Shown piece by piece: positions 13,349 through 23,095 of a DNA stretch of 64,000 nucleotides. The translations under genes were made by a program, and so were the position numbers. Origin of the DNA: Myxococcota bacterium (lineage in GTDB: Bacteria; Myxococcota_A; UBA796; GCA-2862545); the NCBI GenBank assembly GCA_039208735.1, contig JBCCQY010000032.1, positions 1 through 64,000 of the forward strand, in the 5' to 3' direction. The notes beneath the pieces were generated by a model. That model had not been told where the DNA came from, ran no database searches, and was given only the letters and a program-made list of their open reading frames with translations. Each line of letters opens with the position of its first letter. Position 1 is the first letter of the stretch.

Positions 13349-15991
13349 ATGACGTCGGTGTTGGCGGCAATTGCACGGGTGGTCCGACTGGTGGACTTCC
13401 TCACGGCAGACCTGGTGCAGCAGATCCGGCGGCGCTTGACCAGTGCCTTATCGGGACCCTTACTCGAAGTTGTGATGGCGCTCGTGATTGGGGTGACGGG
13501 GATCATTGTGATTCTCGAGCGCGTCGCGGGCGTCCTCGATCGGGCCATGGGCTTTATCGAACGCGCATTCGTAGCGATTGCGCTTCTCGCGATGACCGCA
13601 CTTGCATTCAATGCGTACCTAGCGGAAGAACTCCGCAATAGCTTCAATGCGGCGGTGAGCTGGGACACTGCACAGGACTTCTTTGGACTGTGGGCCATCG
13701 ACGGCCAGCTCAATGTCGCCTTGTTGCTCATGGTGGTGGTGGGCTTTTTGGGGGCTTCGCTCGCCACCCAAGAAGGCAAGCACATCGCAGTCGACGCCGC
13801 CGAACGTGTCCTCTCCCCGTCGGGAGCCCGATTCCTTCGCCGCTTCACCTCCCTCGTCGCCGCGGGCCTGTGCTTGTTGTTGGCCCGGGGCTCCTACGAC
13901 GCGATGCTCACGCACACGCAGGACACCTTTGAAGGAGCCCAGGTGTGGTCGCCCTTTGTGGCACCGGTCAATGGGCTCACGTCGCTCATGCCGGGCGACA
14001 AGTTTGGCCCGGTGTCCTGCAAGGGCCTCGACGACGCGGCGAGGTCCGCGAAGGGTTGTCCGGATGCGGAATTTGCGACGGGCGATGATTGGATCAATGG
14101 CATGTACGACCGTGGCCTCGACCCGTTCGACACGGAGTTCGAGGATGCCAAGGTCGCCTTTGTCAATCCGGGTGGTTCACCCATCGATGTCAAGGTCGTC
14201 GCGGCAGGCTCCGGCAATGAAGCGGAGGCCCCCACGCCGTGGGAGCCCAACGTCCCCGCCAACGGGTCCACGATGTTCGAGTCGGTCTCGCTCGAGCACG
14301 GCGCCACCGCGACCGTCACGTGGAACAATCAATCCCAAACGGTGCGTCTTCAACCCAATCGCGTCCACCGGGTAACCGTGGGGGCAAGTTCGCTGTCGGT
14401 CGAAGCTCAGCCCCTGATTGCATTTGGTTTCGTCGACACGGGCGATGACTTCCCGCTCTGGATTCCCTACGGCTTTCTCGTCGTGGCGTTCTTCGTCATG
14501 GCGGTGCGGTTTGGTGGCCGGGTATTCAGTCCAGGCCGAGATCTCGATGATGCCCCTCCCCTGCGCGGTTCGCGAAGCCCGGCCGACGTCCTCCTTGCTG
14601 GCGCGGTACCCGGGGCCATCATTGCGATTGGTCTCGGTGTTTGGCTTGGCCAGGGCTGGATCATTGGCATTTCCTCGTTGCTGCTCGTGGTCCTCGGCTC
14701 GCCCCTCTTCGTGGGGATTGGCGTAGGGACGGTGGCATCGTGGGTGCTCCTGCGCGATGGCAGCGCTGAATCCGTGATTGCCGACATGTTCGAGGCGGTG
14801 AAGAAGGAGGAACTCCTCGCGATTCCCTTCTTTGTGCTCGCGGGCAACCTGATGACGAAGGGCAGCATCGCTGAACGCCTCATCGATCTCGCCAAGGCCG
14901 TGCTGGGCCCGCTCCCTGGGGGTTTGGGCGCGGGGGCGGTACTGGCGTGTGCCACCTTCGCGGCCATCTCAGGCTCCTCGCCGGTCACCGTCATCGCCAT
15001 CGGCACCATCATGTTCCCCATGCTGCTCAAGGAGGGCTACTCCGAGCGCTACAGCATGGGTGTGCTCACGACGGCGGGTGGCCTTGGGGTCATCATTCCA
15101 CCGTCGATTCCCATGATCGTCTACGCCATCATGGTCAGCGGCAACAAGGACGTAGGCGTGGTGACGCCGACCGACTTGTTCCGCGCAGGACTCCTGCCCG
15201 GCATCTTCATCGCGCTCGTGCTCATTGGCTACACGATGTTCATCCACTGGCCCCGCCCTGACGAGGTCAACGAACACAGCGGAACCGAGTGGTCGTTCGG
15301 CGAATGGGGTCGTGAGCTGCTAAGGGCGGTCTGGAAGGGCTTGCCCAGCCTGATGCTGCCCGTCCTCATCTTGGGGGGGCTCTACAATTGGCTCGACTTT
15401 GGGTTCTTCGCGATCCGGTTCAACGTCACGACGGCCGCGGCAGTCGCGGTGGTCTACGCCCTGTTCGTCGAGATGTTCATTCACCGCGAGCTTCAGTGGC
15501 GCAAGCTGCCGGGGGTTTTTAGCGAATCGGCCGTGATGATGGGATCGTTGTTCCTCATCTTGGTCATCGCGATTTCGCTAAACAAGTTCTTCGTCTTCGA
15601 AGAAGTGCCGCAGGCTGCCGCTGAATGGATGCTCGCGCGCGTCCAGACGCCCTTCGGCTTCTTGGTCATGGTGAACCTGTTCCTGCTGGCCTTGGGCTGC
15701 GTCATGGACATCCTGTCTGCGATCTTGATCGTTGCGCCCCTGCTGGCTCCCATCGCCACCGGTGTCTACGGCATCGACCCCATCGCCTTTGGCATCATGT
15801 TCATCGTCAACCTCGAGCTGGGCTACCTGACGCCACCGATGGGCATCAACTTGTTCGTGGCCTCTACAACCTTCGAGCGGTCGATCATCGACGTCATCCG
15901 TGGCGTGGTGCCCTTCCTGCTCTTGATGCTCTTCTGCCTGGTTTGCATCGTGGCCTACGTGTGGCTGACTTCGGGAGTGCCTGCTTCATGA
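13349..15991 (+). CDS. dctM: Fused TRAP permease DctQ-DctM with a large extracytoplasmic insertion
   Basis: RBS GGAGG. DctQ motifs GFLGASLATQEGKHIAVD and PLWIPY; DctM motifs LLAIPFFVLAGNLM, FAAISGSS, LGVIIPPSIPMIVY, GYLTPPMGINLFV. Confidence 0.9.
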   Translation: MTSVLAAIARVVRLVDFLTADLVQQIRRRLTSALSGPLLEVVMALVIGVTGIIVILERVAGVLDRAMGFIERAFVAIALLAMTALAFNAYLAEELRNSFNAAVSWDTAQDFFGLWAIDGQLNVALLLMVVVGFLGASLATQEGKHIAVDAAERVLSPSGARFLRRFTSLVAAGLCLLLARGSYDAMLTHTQDTFEGAQVWSPFVAPVNGLTSLMPGDKFGPVSCKGLDDAARSAKGCPDAEFATGDDWINGMYDRGLDPFDTEFEDAKVAFVNPGGSPIDVKVVAAGSGNEAEAPTPWEPNVPANGSTMFESVSLEHGATATVTWNNQSQTVRLQPNRVHRVTVGASSLSVEAQPLIAFGFVDTGDDFPLWIPYGFLVVAFFVMAVRFGGRVFSPGRDLDDAPPLRGSRSPADVLLAGAVPGAIIAIGLGVWLGQGWIIGISSLLLVVLGSPLFVGIGVGTVASWVLLRDGSAESVIADMFEAVKKEELLAIPFFVLAGNLMTKGSIAERLIDLAKAVLGPLPGGLGAGAVLACATFAAISGSSPVTVIAIGTIMFPMLLKEGYSERYSMGVLTTAGGLGVIIPPSIPMIVYAIMVSGNKDVGVVTPTDLFRAGLLPGIFIALVLIGYTMFIHWPRPDEVNEHSGTEWSFGEWGRELLRAVWKGLPSLMLPVLILGGLYNWLDFGFFAIRFNVTTAAAVAVVYALFVEMFIHRELQWRKLPGVFSESAVMMGSLFLILVIAISLNKFFVFEEVPQAAAEWMLARVQTPFGFLVMVNLFLLALGCVMDILSAILIVAPLLAPIATGVYGIDPIAFGIMFIVNLELGYLTPPMGINLFVASTTFERSIIDVIRGVVPFLLLMLFCLVCIVAYVWLTSGVPAS

Positions 15992-16542
15992 CCGACGACC
16001 AGCGCCGCGAGCGTCTCATCGAGATCCTCAAGGAGCTTTCGATCCTTCACGGGACGTTCACGCTGTCGAGTGGCGGCACGTCGAACGTCTACGTGGACGT
16101 TCGTCAAACCACGTTGAACGCCGAAGGGGCCGAGCATGTGGCCCATCTGGTGCTCGGTCGCCTGCGCCCCGAGGTGGTGGCGGTGGGCGGGCCGACGCTC
16201 GGGGCGGACCCCATTGCGTGCGGTGCGACCGCCTATTCGCGAGCGGTGCTGGGACGTGACGTGCACGGCTTTCTCATTCGCAAAGAAGAGAAGGGCCACG
16301 GCACGGGGCGCTACGTCGAAGGCATGGCAAGCTTGCGGGAAGGAGCGGCGGTGTGCGTGGTTGAAGATACGACCACCACAGGAGGCTCGCTGTTGCGGGC
16401 CATCGAGCGGGCCCGTGCGGCAGGGCTGCACGTCGTGCAGTGCCTCACGATCGTTGAACGTGAGGAAGGAGCTGTCGAGCGGGTTCGTGAGGTGGGCCTG
16501 ACGCTCGAGTCGATCGTGACGTGGTCGGAGCTGGTTCCGTAG
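15988..16542 (+). CDS. pyrE: Orotate phosphoribosyltransferase
   Basis: GTFTLSSGGTSNVYVD, GGPTLGADPI, IRKEEKGHG, PRPP motif VVEDTTTTGGS; ATGA overlap with dctM. Confidence 0.92.
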   Translation: MTDDQRRERLIEILKELSILHGTFTLSSGGTSNVYVDVRQTTLNAEGAEHVAHLVLGRLRPEVVAVGGPTLGADPIACGATAYSRAVLGRDVHGFLIRKEEKGHGTGRYVEGMASLREGAAVCVVEDTTTTGGSLLRAIERARAAGLHVVQCLTIVEREEGAVERVREVGLTLESIVTWSELVP

Positions 16543-16565
16543 CCGCGTTCTCGGAGGACGCCCCG

Positions 16566-17945
16566 ATGGACTTCGCGAAGCGCCGAAAACGGCTCACCTC
16601 GATGGTCGAGGGGCCCATCGTGTTGCTCGGCAATGGCGAGCAGTCGCGAAACCTGCCGATGAACAAGCTGCCGTTTCGCCAGGACAGCACCTTTCAATAC
16701 TTCACCGGCTGTCCGGAGCCCGGGGCGGCGGCGTTTCTCGACGGCGATCGCTTCGAGCTGTTCTTGGTGACCGCAGACGCCGACGATGCGCTATGGCATG
16801 GCCCTCGTCCCGACATTGAGGCTCGCGGCGCCCACTACGGAGCGGACCGTACTCGGCCCTCCAGCGAGCTTGCACAGGTGCTTACCGCCGAGTCCCGCTC
16901 GCTGGCCGTGGCCGATCCGGTGCGCAACCAGATCGTGACCCAGCACACCGGTCAGGCGCTCGCGTTTGGTTCCGAATACGGCGATGATGCACTCGTCGAC
17001 GCGGTCATCGCGCTACGACGAACCAAGGACCCCGACGAGATCGAAGAGCTGCGTGAGGCGGCTCGCATCACGCGGTTGGCGTTTGAGGCGACCATGGCGG
17101 CCACCCACCCGGGGGGGCACGAACGCCACCTGTGGACCCTCTTTGAGGCCGTGCTGCGGCTTGAGGGATGCGACACGGGCTACGACACGATCCTCACTCA
17201 GAGCGGGGAGATCCTGCACCACCACGGCCACGCCGATGCGCTTCAGTCGGGACGGCTGGTGTTGTTGGATGGCGGCGGGGAATTGGTTCGCAGCCGCTAC
17301 ACGGTCGATATCACTCGGACTTGGCCGGTTTCAGGCACGTTCGACCCTCGGCAGCGTGCCGCGTACGCGGCGGTCCTCGAGGCGCAAGCGCAGTCGATTG
17401 CGGCTTGTAAGCCAGGGGTTCGCTACCGGGAGGTTCATGATGTGTCGTGCCGCGTGCTGGCGCGGTTCCTCCTCGACGAAAAACTCGTGACCGGCACGGT
17501 GGATAGCGTGGTGGACATCGGTGCCCACGCGCTGTTTTTCCCCCACGGGGTGGGGCATCACCTGGGCCTCGACGTGCATGATCTCGAAAACTTTGGCGAT
17601 CGATCATCGTACGAACGGGGGGCATCCCGGCCCGATGCCTTTGGCACGCGAAACCTTCGACTCGACCTTCCGCTTGAGCCAGGCTGGGTCGTGACCATTG
17701 AGCCCGGCTTCTACGTGGTGCCTGCGATTCTTGAGGATGCCGCACTTCGGGAGCGGTTCGCCGCGACGGTGGACTTTGATGCGGCTGCGAAATGGACGGG
17801 CTTTGGTGGCATTCGCATCGAGGACGATGTGTGGGTAACGCCTGAGGGTCCCGAGGTTTTGACCACCGTGCCGAAGACCATCGAGGCGATCGAGGCATTG
17901 GTGGGGTCTGGGCCGTCGCCGGAGGAGCGTCTATGTGGGCCGTAA
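16566..17945 (+). CDS. Xaa-Pro aminopeptidase (M24B)
   Basis: FRQDSTFQYFTG, DITRTWP, HGVGHHLGLDVHD, TIEPGFY, GGIRIEDD. Confidence 0.92.
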   Translation: MDFAKRRKRLTSMVEGPIVLLGNGEQSRNLPMNKLPFRQDSTFQYFTGCPEPGAAAFLDGDRFELFLVTADADDALWHGPRPDIEARGAHYGADRTRPSSELAQVLTAESRSLAVADPVRNQIVTQHTGQALAFGSEYGDDALVDAVIALRRTKDPDEIEELREAARITRLAFEATMAATHPGGHERHLWTLFEAVLRLEGCDTGYDTILTQSGEILHHHGHADALQSGRLVLLDGGGELVRSRYTVDITRTWPVSGTFDPRQRAAYAAVLEAQAQSIAACKPGVRYREVHDVSCRVLARFLLDEKLVTGTVDSVVDIGAHALFFPHGVGHHLGLDVHDLENFGDRSSYERGASRPDAFGTRNLRLDLPLEPGWVVTIEPGFYVVPAILEDAALRERFAATVDFDAAAKWTGFGGIRIEDDVWVTPEGPEVLTTVPKTIEAIEALVGSGPSPEERLCGP

Positions 17946-18349
17946 TCACTGCGTTGGCGGCGACCATGGTGGCGTTTCTGGCGTTCGCCCTTTGGCAGGG
18001 GCGGTTGCTCACGGGGCCCCGGCGGCGTTGCACGGTCTGTGGCGCCGAGCGAGTGGTCATCGAAGCGCCACCCGACCGCCATCGCACCTATGACGTTCTC
18101 GCCTGCCCGCATTGCACCGACGTGGTGACCATGGTCCACGGCCAGCCGAGCCGGTTTGCCACCTGTCCTTCGTGTTCGCAATTCGGTCTCGAGGTCGAAG
18201 CCACCGCGGTGGGCTTGACCGAGGTCGGCGAGCTACCGGCCATCGAAGTCGAAGAGTCCTGCCGGATTTGTGGCTACGCCGATGAGTGGAGCGTGCCTGA
18301 CCGTATCGACGAGCTGCCCAACAACGTCATCGAGTTCCCGCGCCGGTGA
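17933..18349 (+). CDS. Membrane-anchored zinc-ribbon protein
   Basis: N-terminal TM helix; four CxxC pairs (CTVC, CPHC, CPSC, CRIC). Confidence 0.7.
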   Translation: MWAVITALAATMVAFLAFALWQGRLLTGPRRRCTVCGAERVVIEAPPDRHRTYDVLACPHCTDVVTMVHGQPSRFATCPSCSQFGLEVEATAVGLTEVGELPAIEVEESCRICGYADEWSVPDRIDELPNNVIEFPRR

Positions 18350-19043
18350 GCCGCGCGATCAATTCCTCTGGCGGCAACAAGTGGAAGTCCATCAGGGGAA
18401 ACAAGTCGAGGAATGGTTGCGCCGAGGGCGCAATCCAGAAAATGGCGGGAATCGATAGGTAGAGCAGACCGTACCAAACGGCATCGTCGGACTTAAAGAA
18501 TTTCACCGCGGTGCCTGCGGAGCGCTTGAGGCGTTGGTTGGCCAGGTCGACGCTGTAGAGTTCGTCAAGCACGAGATGGGTCAGAAACCCGAGCAAGAAC
18601 AGCGCGCCAAACATCCAGGATTCGACGGCGGAAAGGCCAAGGCCGTAGTGCACGAGGGCGGTTAGCCCCGCCAGCGTGGCGGCCGCCATGGGAACGGAAT
18701 GGAAGATGCCGCGGTGCACCGTAAAGCGTCGAAACGGTTCGATGAGCACGTAGCGCACGGTGCCATAGGCAAGACCCATCACCACGACGCTCAAGATAAG
18801 CCCAAGTTTGGGTAGCGACACGGCCAAGAGCGGCATCGAAACCGCAAGCCCCATCACGCTGAACACAAGCTCAATAGAATCCGAGTTGTCGGAATCGACA
18901 TCGGGGAACAGACCGCCCAGCGCGGTGAGGCCAACGGCCGTGCCGATGAGCGTGGGCTCCATCAGTTCAGCGGCAGTGAGGATCGAGGTGGCGACGACGC
19001 CAACGGCGACTGCGCCTACCATGTGGGTTTGGAAGTTGGCCAT
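18327..19043 (-). CDS. Metal-dependent membrane hydrolase (YdjM-like)
   Basis: MANFQTH, GGLFPDVD, HRGIFHS, HLVLDE motifs with multiple TM helices. Confidence 0.85.
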   Translation of the reverse strand: MANFQTHMVGAVAVGVVATSILTAAELMEPTLIGTAVGLTALGGLFPDVDSDNSDSIELVFSVMGLAVSMPLLAVSLPKLGLILSVVVMGLAYGTVRYVLIEPFRRFTVHRGIFHSVPMAAATLAGLTALVHYGLGLSAVESWMFGALFLLGFLTHLVLDELYSVDLANQRLKRSAGTAVKFFKSDDAVWYGLLYLSIPAIFWIAPSAQPFLDLFPLMDFHLLPPEELIARLTGAGTR

Positions 19044-19342
19044 GAGGGGGCCTCAGGGGCTGGGGGAGGGGAAGCACCAGGAGTGCAAGGGAGGACAATG
19101 CAACGTGGGCCGACCCAAAACCGTCCGGAGGGGGAGGAAGGACGGATTTGTCGCGGCACATGACCGGAAGGGTCGAGGTGGGGGACCGCAGATGTGCAGG
19201 TGGGAACAGCCTAACGCAGATTGGCAGATCTTGGACGGCTGCTTGCGTTACCGCAGCCCCGAAACGATCGCGGAAGGTATGGTCGAACTCGGCGCCGATG
19301 AGCCGATGACGCGAGCTGGCCGTCGCCCCACCCGGGAGATCC

Positions 19343-20563
19343 ATGAACCTCGAAGACCGTCGACGCCTCGCCCTGCTTGCCGCAGAGCAGCCTGGGTTGG
19401 CGAAGGCATTTGCGCAGCATTGGGATACGCCGGCCGTGGACTGGGCCTGTCGGCAGTGGGCTGCGCCGGATGATGCCGCATTCGAGCCTGCGTTCCGGGA
19501 GGCTCTCGTCGCGGAGTTCGCGGATCGCACCGGGGAGCCGGAGGCCTTGGTTCAGCGCATCGAACAGGTGGGAGCCGTGCTGACGTCACACCACGTGTGC
19601 CCTACGCCAGGACCCACGTTTGGCGGCATCGACTGCCTGGCCGCGCTTGGTCAGCCCGGTCCCGTCTTGGTCCTGGCGTGGTCGGGAGTGCCCATGAGCA
19701 ACTCGGCTGCGTCGGGGTGTTTGTGCTTTTCGCAGACCCCCTTCGAGGATTTGTTGCAACCCGGCCCCGAGTTGTCGCGTCAACAGAAGGCGGCCCGTGA
19801 CCGCGCACGTGATGGGGTGGGGGAGCAGCGGATTTCCCTTTTGCCCTCCGCCTTGCGCGATGCGTTGCTCTACGAGTGCCCTCGGCCCGAACGGACGGAT
19901 GAGGTGTGGGCGTCCATGCGGCCGGGGCTCAAGGAGCGATTGGTGGCGCCCACCGAAGGCGAGACCTACGCGAGTTGGGCGCTGCGTTGCGGCGAGGCGG
20001 TCGCCCGACGACTCACCGGCCGCGAAGACGTGTATTACGTCGATCTCAACCGGGTAGCCCGGCGGTACCTGCTCACGGTCCTGCGCGATCCTGACCACCC
20101 GATGGCCCGGTTCGTCACGCTGACACCGGATCAGCTCGATCTTGAAGGGCCTACGTGGTTCTACACGCGTCGACAGGGCAAGCGCCAGCGGGTGCAATCG
20201 TGGTCGGAGTGCCCCGAAGAACTGATTGAAGGTCTGGAAAGCGGCGCAGTGTGTCCGGGGCTCGTCCCGGTCTTTGGCGCGTTGCGAACCTGGTCGCGGA
20301 TTCGGTTGCTCGGTGGATTTCGGCAGGTCGCCTACCTCGAACAAATCGCGGCGGCGTTCGCTCGGGCGGGACTCGCCCACGAGGTTCGAGGCGTTCCGGG
20401 ACACCTCGTGACGGCTCGCCTGCACGATGGCGAAGCGCCGGTTTATCCCTTGGACGTGGTGATGGGGACGGCGCCCCGGTCGGTTCTGCCCACCCCGCAA
20501 ATGCCGATGTCCACACTGTGGACGCCGCTGCTGACTCGCATTCGAGCTGCGGCGGTGCGGTAG
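19343..20563 (+). CDS. Hypothetical enzyme, possibly divergent BshC-like Rossmann fold
   Basis: 406-aa ORF with RBS GGGAG; AVLTSHH...GPTF and LLGGFRQVAYLEQI resemble the BshC motifs VVTGQQ..GPLY and YVGGPGEIAYWAQL. Confidence 0.55.
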   Translation: MNLEDRRRLALLAAEQPGLAKAFAQHWDTPAVDWACRQWAAPDDAAFEPAFREALVAEFADRTGEPEALVQRIEQVGAVLTSHHVCPTPGPTFGGIDCLAALGQPGPVLVLAWSGVPMSNSAASGCLCFSQTPFEDLLQPGPELSRQQKAARDRARDGVGEQRISLLPSALRDALLYECPRPERTDEVWASMRPGLKERLVAPTEGETYASWALRCGEAVARRLTGREDVYYVDLNRVARRYLLTVLRDPDHPMARFVTLTPDQLDLEGPTWFYTRRQGKRQRVQSWSECPEELIEGLESGAVCPGLVPVFGALRTWSRIRLLGGFRQVAYLEQIAAAFARAGLAHEVRGVPGHLVTARLHDGEAPVYPLDVVMGTAPRSVLPTPQMPMSTLWTPLLTRIRAAAVR

Positions 20564-20577
20564 CGATAGAGGGCCGC

Positions 20578-21786
20578 ATGCTCGCTACCTTCTTCGGTTT
20601 GGGGGTTGCGGCGGGCGCGACTCCAGACTCGCCGGACGCGGAGCCCGACCCCAATCGGCGGACGTGGTTCGTCTTGCCCTATGCATCGGGCGACAGCGAT
20701 GACGGACTTGGGTTCGGGGCGGGCTTTGAACTCGCGCGGCTATCGGAGTCCCACGAGCCCTACCGCCGGGCCATCATGGTGCGCAGCTACACGACGGTGC
20801 GCGGCTTTCACAACCACCGGGTCATCTACGATGAGTTGGGCTTAGGACCGCGAGGGCGGGGACGGCTCACCGTGCGCCTCGTGTGGCGCCAATGGCTCAA
20901 TGACCGCTATTTCGGGATCGGCAATGGGACGCTGCGCGATGAGGACCGAGTTGGCCCTTTCGAGCGGGATGATCCGGCGCGACGCTTCTATCGCTACACC
21001 CTCATCCAGCCCTTCGCGCACCTCATGTGGCGCCAAGACCTCGATGATCGTTCCGAGTGGCAGGTGTTCGGCGTGTTGAACCCAAAGCGATCCGTCGTGC
21101 GGCCCTACGCGGATTCGTTGCTCGAAGCGGAAGAGCCCTACGGAACGCTCGGCGGCTGGTCCGTGCAGTTCCATGGTGGGTTCCTACACGACACCCGAGC
21201 CCCTGAACTTACGCCGTACCAAGGGCATTTGCTGGAGTTGTCTGGTCGTTGGGCACCCGATATCGGCGGCGAAGCGGGGGGCTTCGGTGGCGTGTTGACC
21301 TCGTTCCGCGGCTTCTTTGGGACCCCGCGAGCGGCCGTCGCCACCCGGGTGATGGCCGAGTGGCTCTTTGGGCGAATTCCATTTTACGAGATGGTGCACT
21401 GGGGCGGCGCTTTTCCCATCGCGGGGGTGGGAGGGTTTGCCACGATTCGGGGGCTCCGGTTCGGTCGGGTGCGTGCTCCGGGCAAGGTCGTGGCAAACTT
21501 CGAAACGCGCTTTCGGGTGGTCACGGTCAACATCCGGTCCTTGCCCATCGGGCTCGAACTGGCACCTTACGTCGATGCGGGCGCGGTTTGGGGCGCGGAA
21601 GAGCCGGTGCCTTGGCCCCTCGTCGTTCATCCTGGCGCGGGGCTCGGCATTGGCCTCGTCCTTGATGAGACCTTTGTCGGGCGGCTCGACACCGCCGTGG
21701 CCTACGATCCGGTTCGACAGGCCGATGGCTCGGTACGTCCCGCAACGACGTTCGGGGTATACACGAACTTCGGCTACGCCTTCTGA
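20578..21786 (+). CDS. Omp85/BamA-TamA family outer-membrane beta-barrel without POTRA domains
   Basis: LPYASGDSDDGLGFG, HDTR, GGFATIRG (VRGY-like loop), ANFETR, PYVDAGAVW, terminal FGYAF. Confidence 0.8.
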   Translation: MLATFFGLGVAAGATPDSPDAEPDPNRRTWFVLPYASGDSDDGLGFGAGFELARLSESHEPYRRAIMVRSYTTVRGFHNHRVIYDELGLGPRGRGRLTVRLVWRQWLNDRYFGIGNGTLRDEDRVGPFERDDPARRFYRYTLIQPFAHLMWRQDLDDRSEWQVFGVLNPKRSVVRPYADSLLEAEEPYGTLGGWSVQFHGGFLHDTRAPELTPYQGHLLELSGRWAPDIGGEAGGFGGVLTSFRGFFGTPRAAVATRVMAEWLFGRIPFYEMVHWGGAFPIAGVGGFATIRGLRFGRVRAPGKVVANFETRFRVVTVNIRSLPIGLELAPYVDAGAVWGAEEPVPWPLVVHPGAGLGIGLVLDETFVGRLDTAVAYDPVRQADGSVRPATTFGVYTNFGYAF

Positions 21787-21799
21787 CGTTGGAGAGGCC

Positions 21800-22366
21800 T
21801 TGCTCTTCCCCCTCCTCGCCCTCGGTACGGCGCTGCTGCTTGCTCTGTCCGTCGGCCTTCTGTTGGCTCACCACGCCTCGCTTGCCGGCGCGGTGTCCCA
21901 GGTGAGCGATGACACCCGCTTCGTCGTTCGCATCGACCCACCGGTGGTGCCGCGCACCGTACGCATCGTCCTGTTGGCCACCTGCGGGCTGGGCGTGATC
22001 GGAGTGGGGGTCCCCTGGTGGGGGTGGACCCCCGAAACCATTCAACCCTGGTTGGCCGTGAGCTGGCTGCTCGCCATTGGTGCAACCGGGTTGGGAGTGG
22101 CCGCCTATCAGGCCGGATGGTTGTGGAGAGCTCCTTCCCGACGCCTGGGGTTGAGCCCCGATGTGGTGTGGTGGGACGCGGTGGATGCAAGCGTCCGCCC
22201 GGACTTGGGACCCACCTCAGTTCATCGAAGCATTCCCCGTGCCACCACGACGGTGACGTTCGATGGTGCGTACGCGGTGTTTGCCAACGAAAATGGAGAC
22301 GGCGTGGCGTTTGGCCCCGTCCCGGAGTCGACCCGGATGGCCCTGCAGACCCGCTGGGAAGGCTGA
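21800..22366 (+). CDS. Membrane protein with putative bPH-like C-terminal domain
   Basis: Three hydrophobic segments, then a beta-rich domain; TTG start uncertain; stop overlaps the next ATG. Confidence 0.55.
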   Translation: MLFPLLALGTALLLALSVGLLLAHHASLAGAVSQVSDDTRFVVRIDPPVVPRTVRIVLLATCGLGVIGVGVPWWGWTPETIQPWLAVSWLLAIGATGLGVAAYQAGWLWRAPSRRLGLSPDVVWWDAVDASVRPDLGPTSVHRSIPRATTTVTFDGAYAVFANENGDGVAFGPVPESTRMALQTRWEG

Positions 22367-23070
22367 TGCCGGCCATTCTCTTTGTCGTTTCGGTGGGGTT
22401 GTTGCTCTTGGCGAGAGTGGTCGACGAACGGAAGCGTCAGCTCTTTGCCTTTCTCGAGCGACCGGCCATCGAGGCCGTGCACTTCGATGAAGTGGTGTGG
22501 GGGGTGCGGGTCGGCCAACTTCCGGAGGCCACGAGCTGGGTGCTCGCCGCAGTGGCTTGCCTGTTGTTCGGTGGCATCGGGCTGCTGGGCCTTGGCCTGG
22601 GCCTGTTCGTCCTCGTGCGCAGTGCCCCGGTGCTCCTGTTGCCGACGATTCTGTTTGGCTACGCCGCTCGGGTGGGATGGCTTGGACTGTCTGCGCAAAT
22701 GGGTCGGGTTCCTGTGGTGCGGAGGCTTCGGCTCACCCAGCCGCATCTGCTGCTCGATGAGGTGCGGCTTGGGCTCGACGTTCAGCCCGAGGACGTCGAA
22801 TCGGCGCCCTCCGTAGGGCGGGTTCGCGCGATCCCCTGGACCGATGTGCTTCGTGTCGACCTCGACGATGCACAAAATCTTGTCATTGGCGTGAGAGGGG
22901 ATTCAGACGCCGTCTTCGGACCGCTGTCCGAAACCGAAGCCGAGCGGCTCATCGGCCAGATCGAGCGAGGCCGAGCCCGCGAAGTACCCGATGAGGCGGA
23001 GGTGATCGACTTGGCGCGGGCCCGTCTCAAAGCCCTCAAGGAGCGAGCCGACCGCGAGCGTCCCGAGTGA
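22366..23070 (+). CDS. Membrane protein with putative bPH-like C-terminal domain, probable paralog of the upstream gene
   Basis: TGATG overlap; TM segments, then RAIPWTDVLRV (bPH-like IPWxxI motif). Confidence 0.65.
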   Translation: MPAILFVVSVGLLLLARVVDERKRQLFAFLERPAIEAVHFDEVVWGVRVGQLPEATSWVLAAVACLLFGGIGLLGLGLGLFVLVRSAPVLLLPTILFGYAARVGWLGLSAQMGRVPVVRRLRLTQPHLLLDEVRLGLDVQPEDVESAPSVGRVRAIPWTDVLRVDLDDAQNLVIGVRGDSDAVFGPLSETEAERLIGQIERGRAREVPDEAEVIDLARARLKALKERADRERPE

Positions 23071-23095
23071 CCAGGCCCGTGCGTTAGGCGGGGGC

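Noticed and set aside
19044..19342. 300-nt intergenic region with a CCGTCC/GGACGG inverted repeat; possible sRNA or SOS box for the ydjM-like gene
   Set aside because: No matching LexA box or RNA family features; consistent with divergent promoters.
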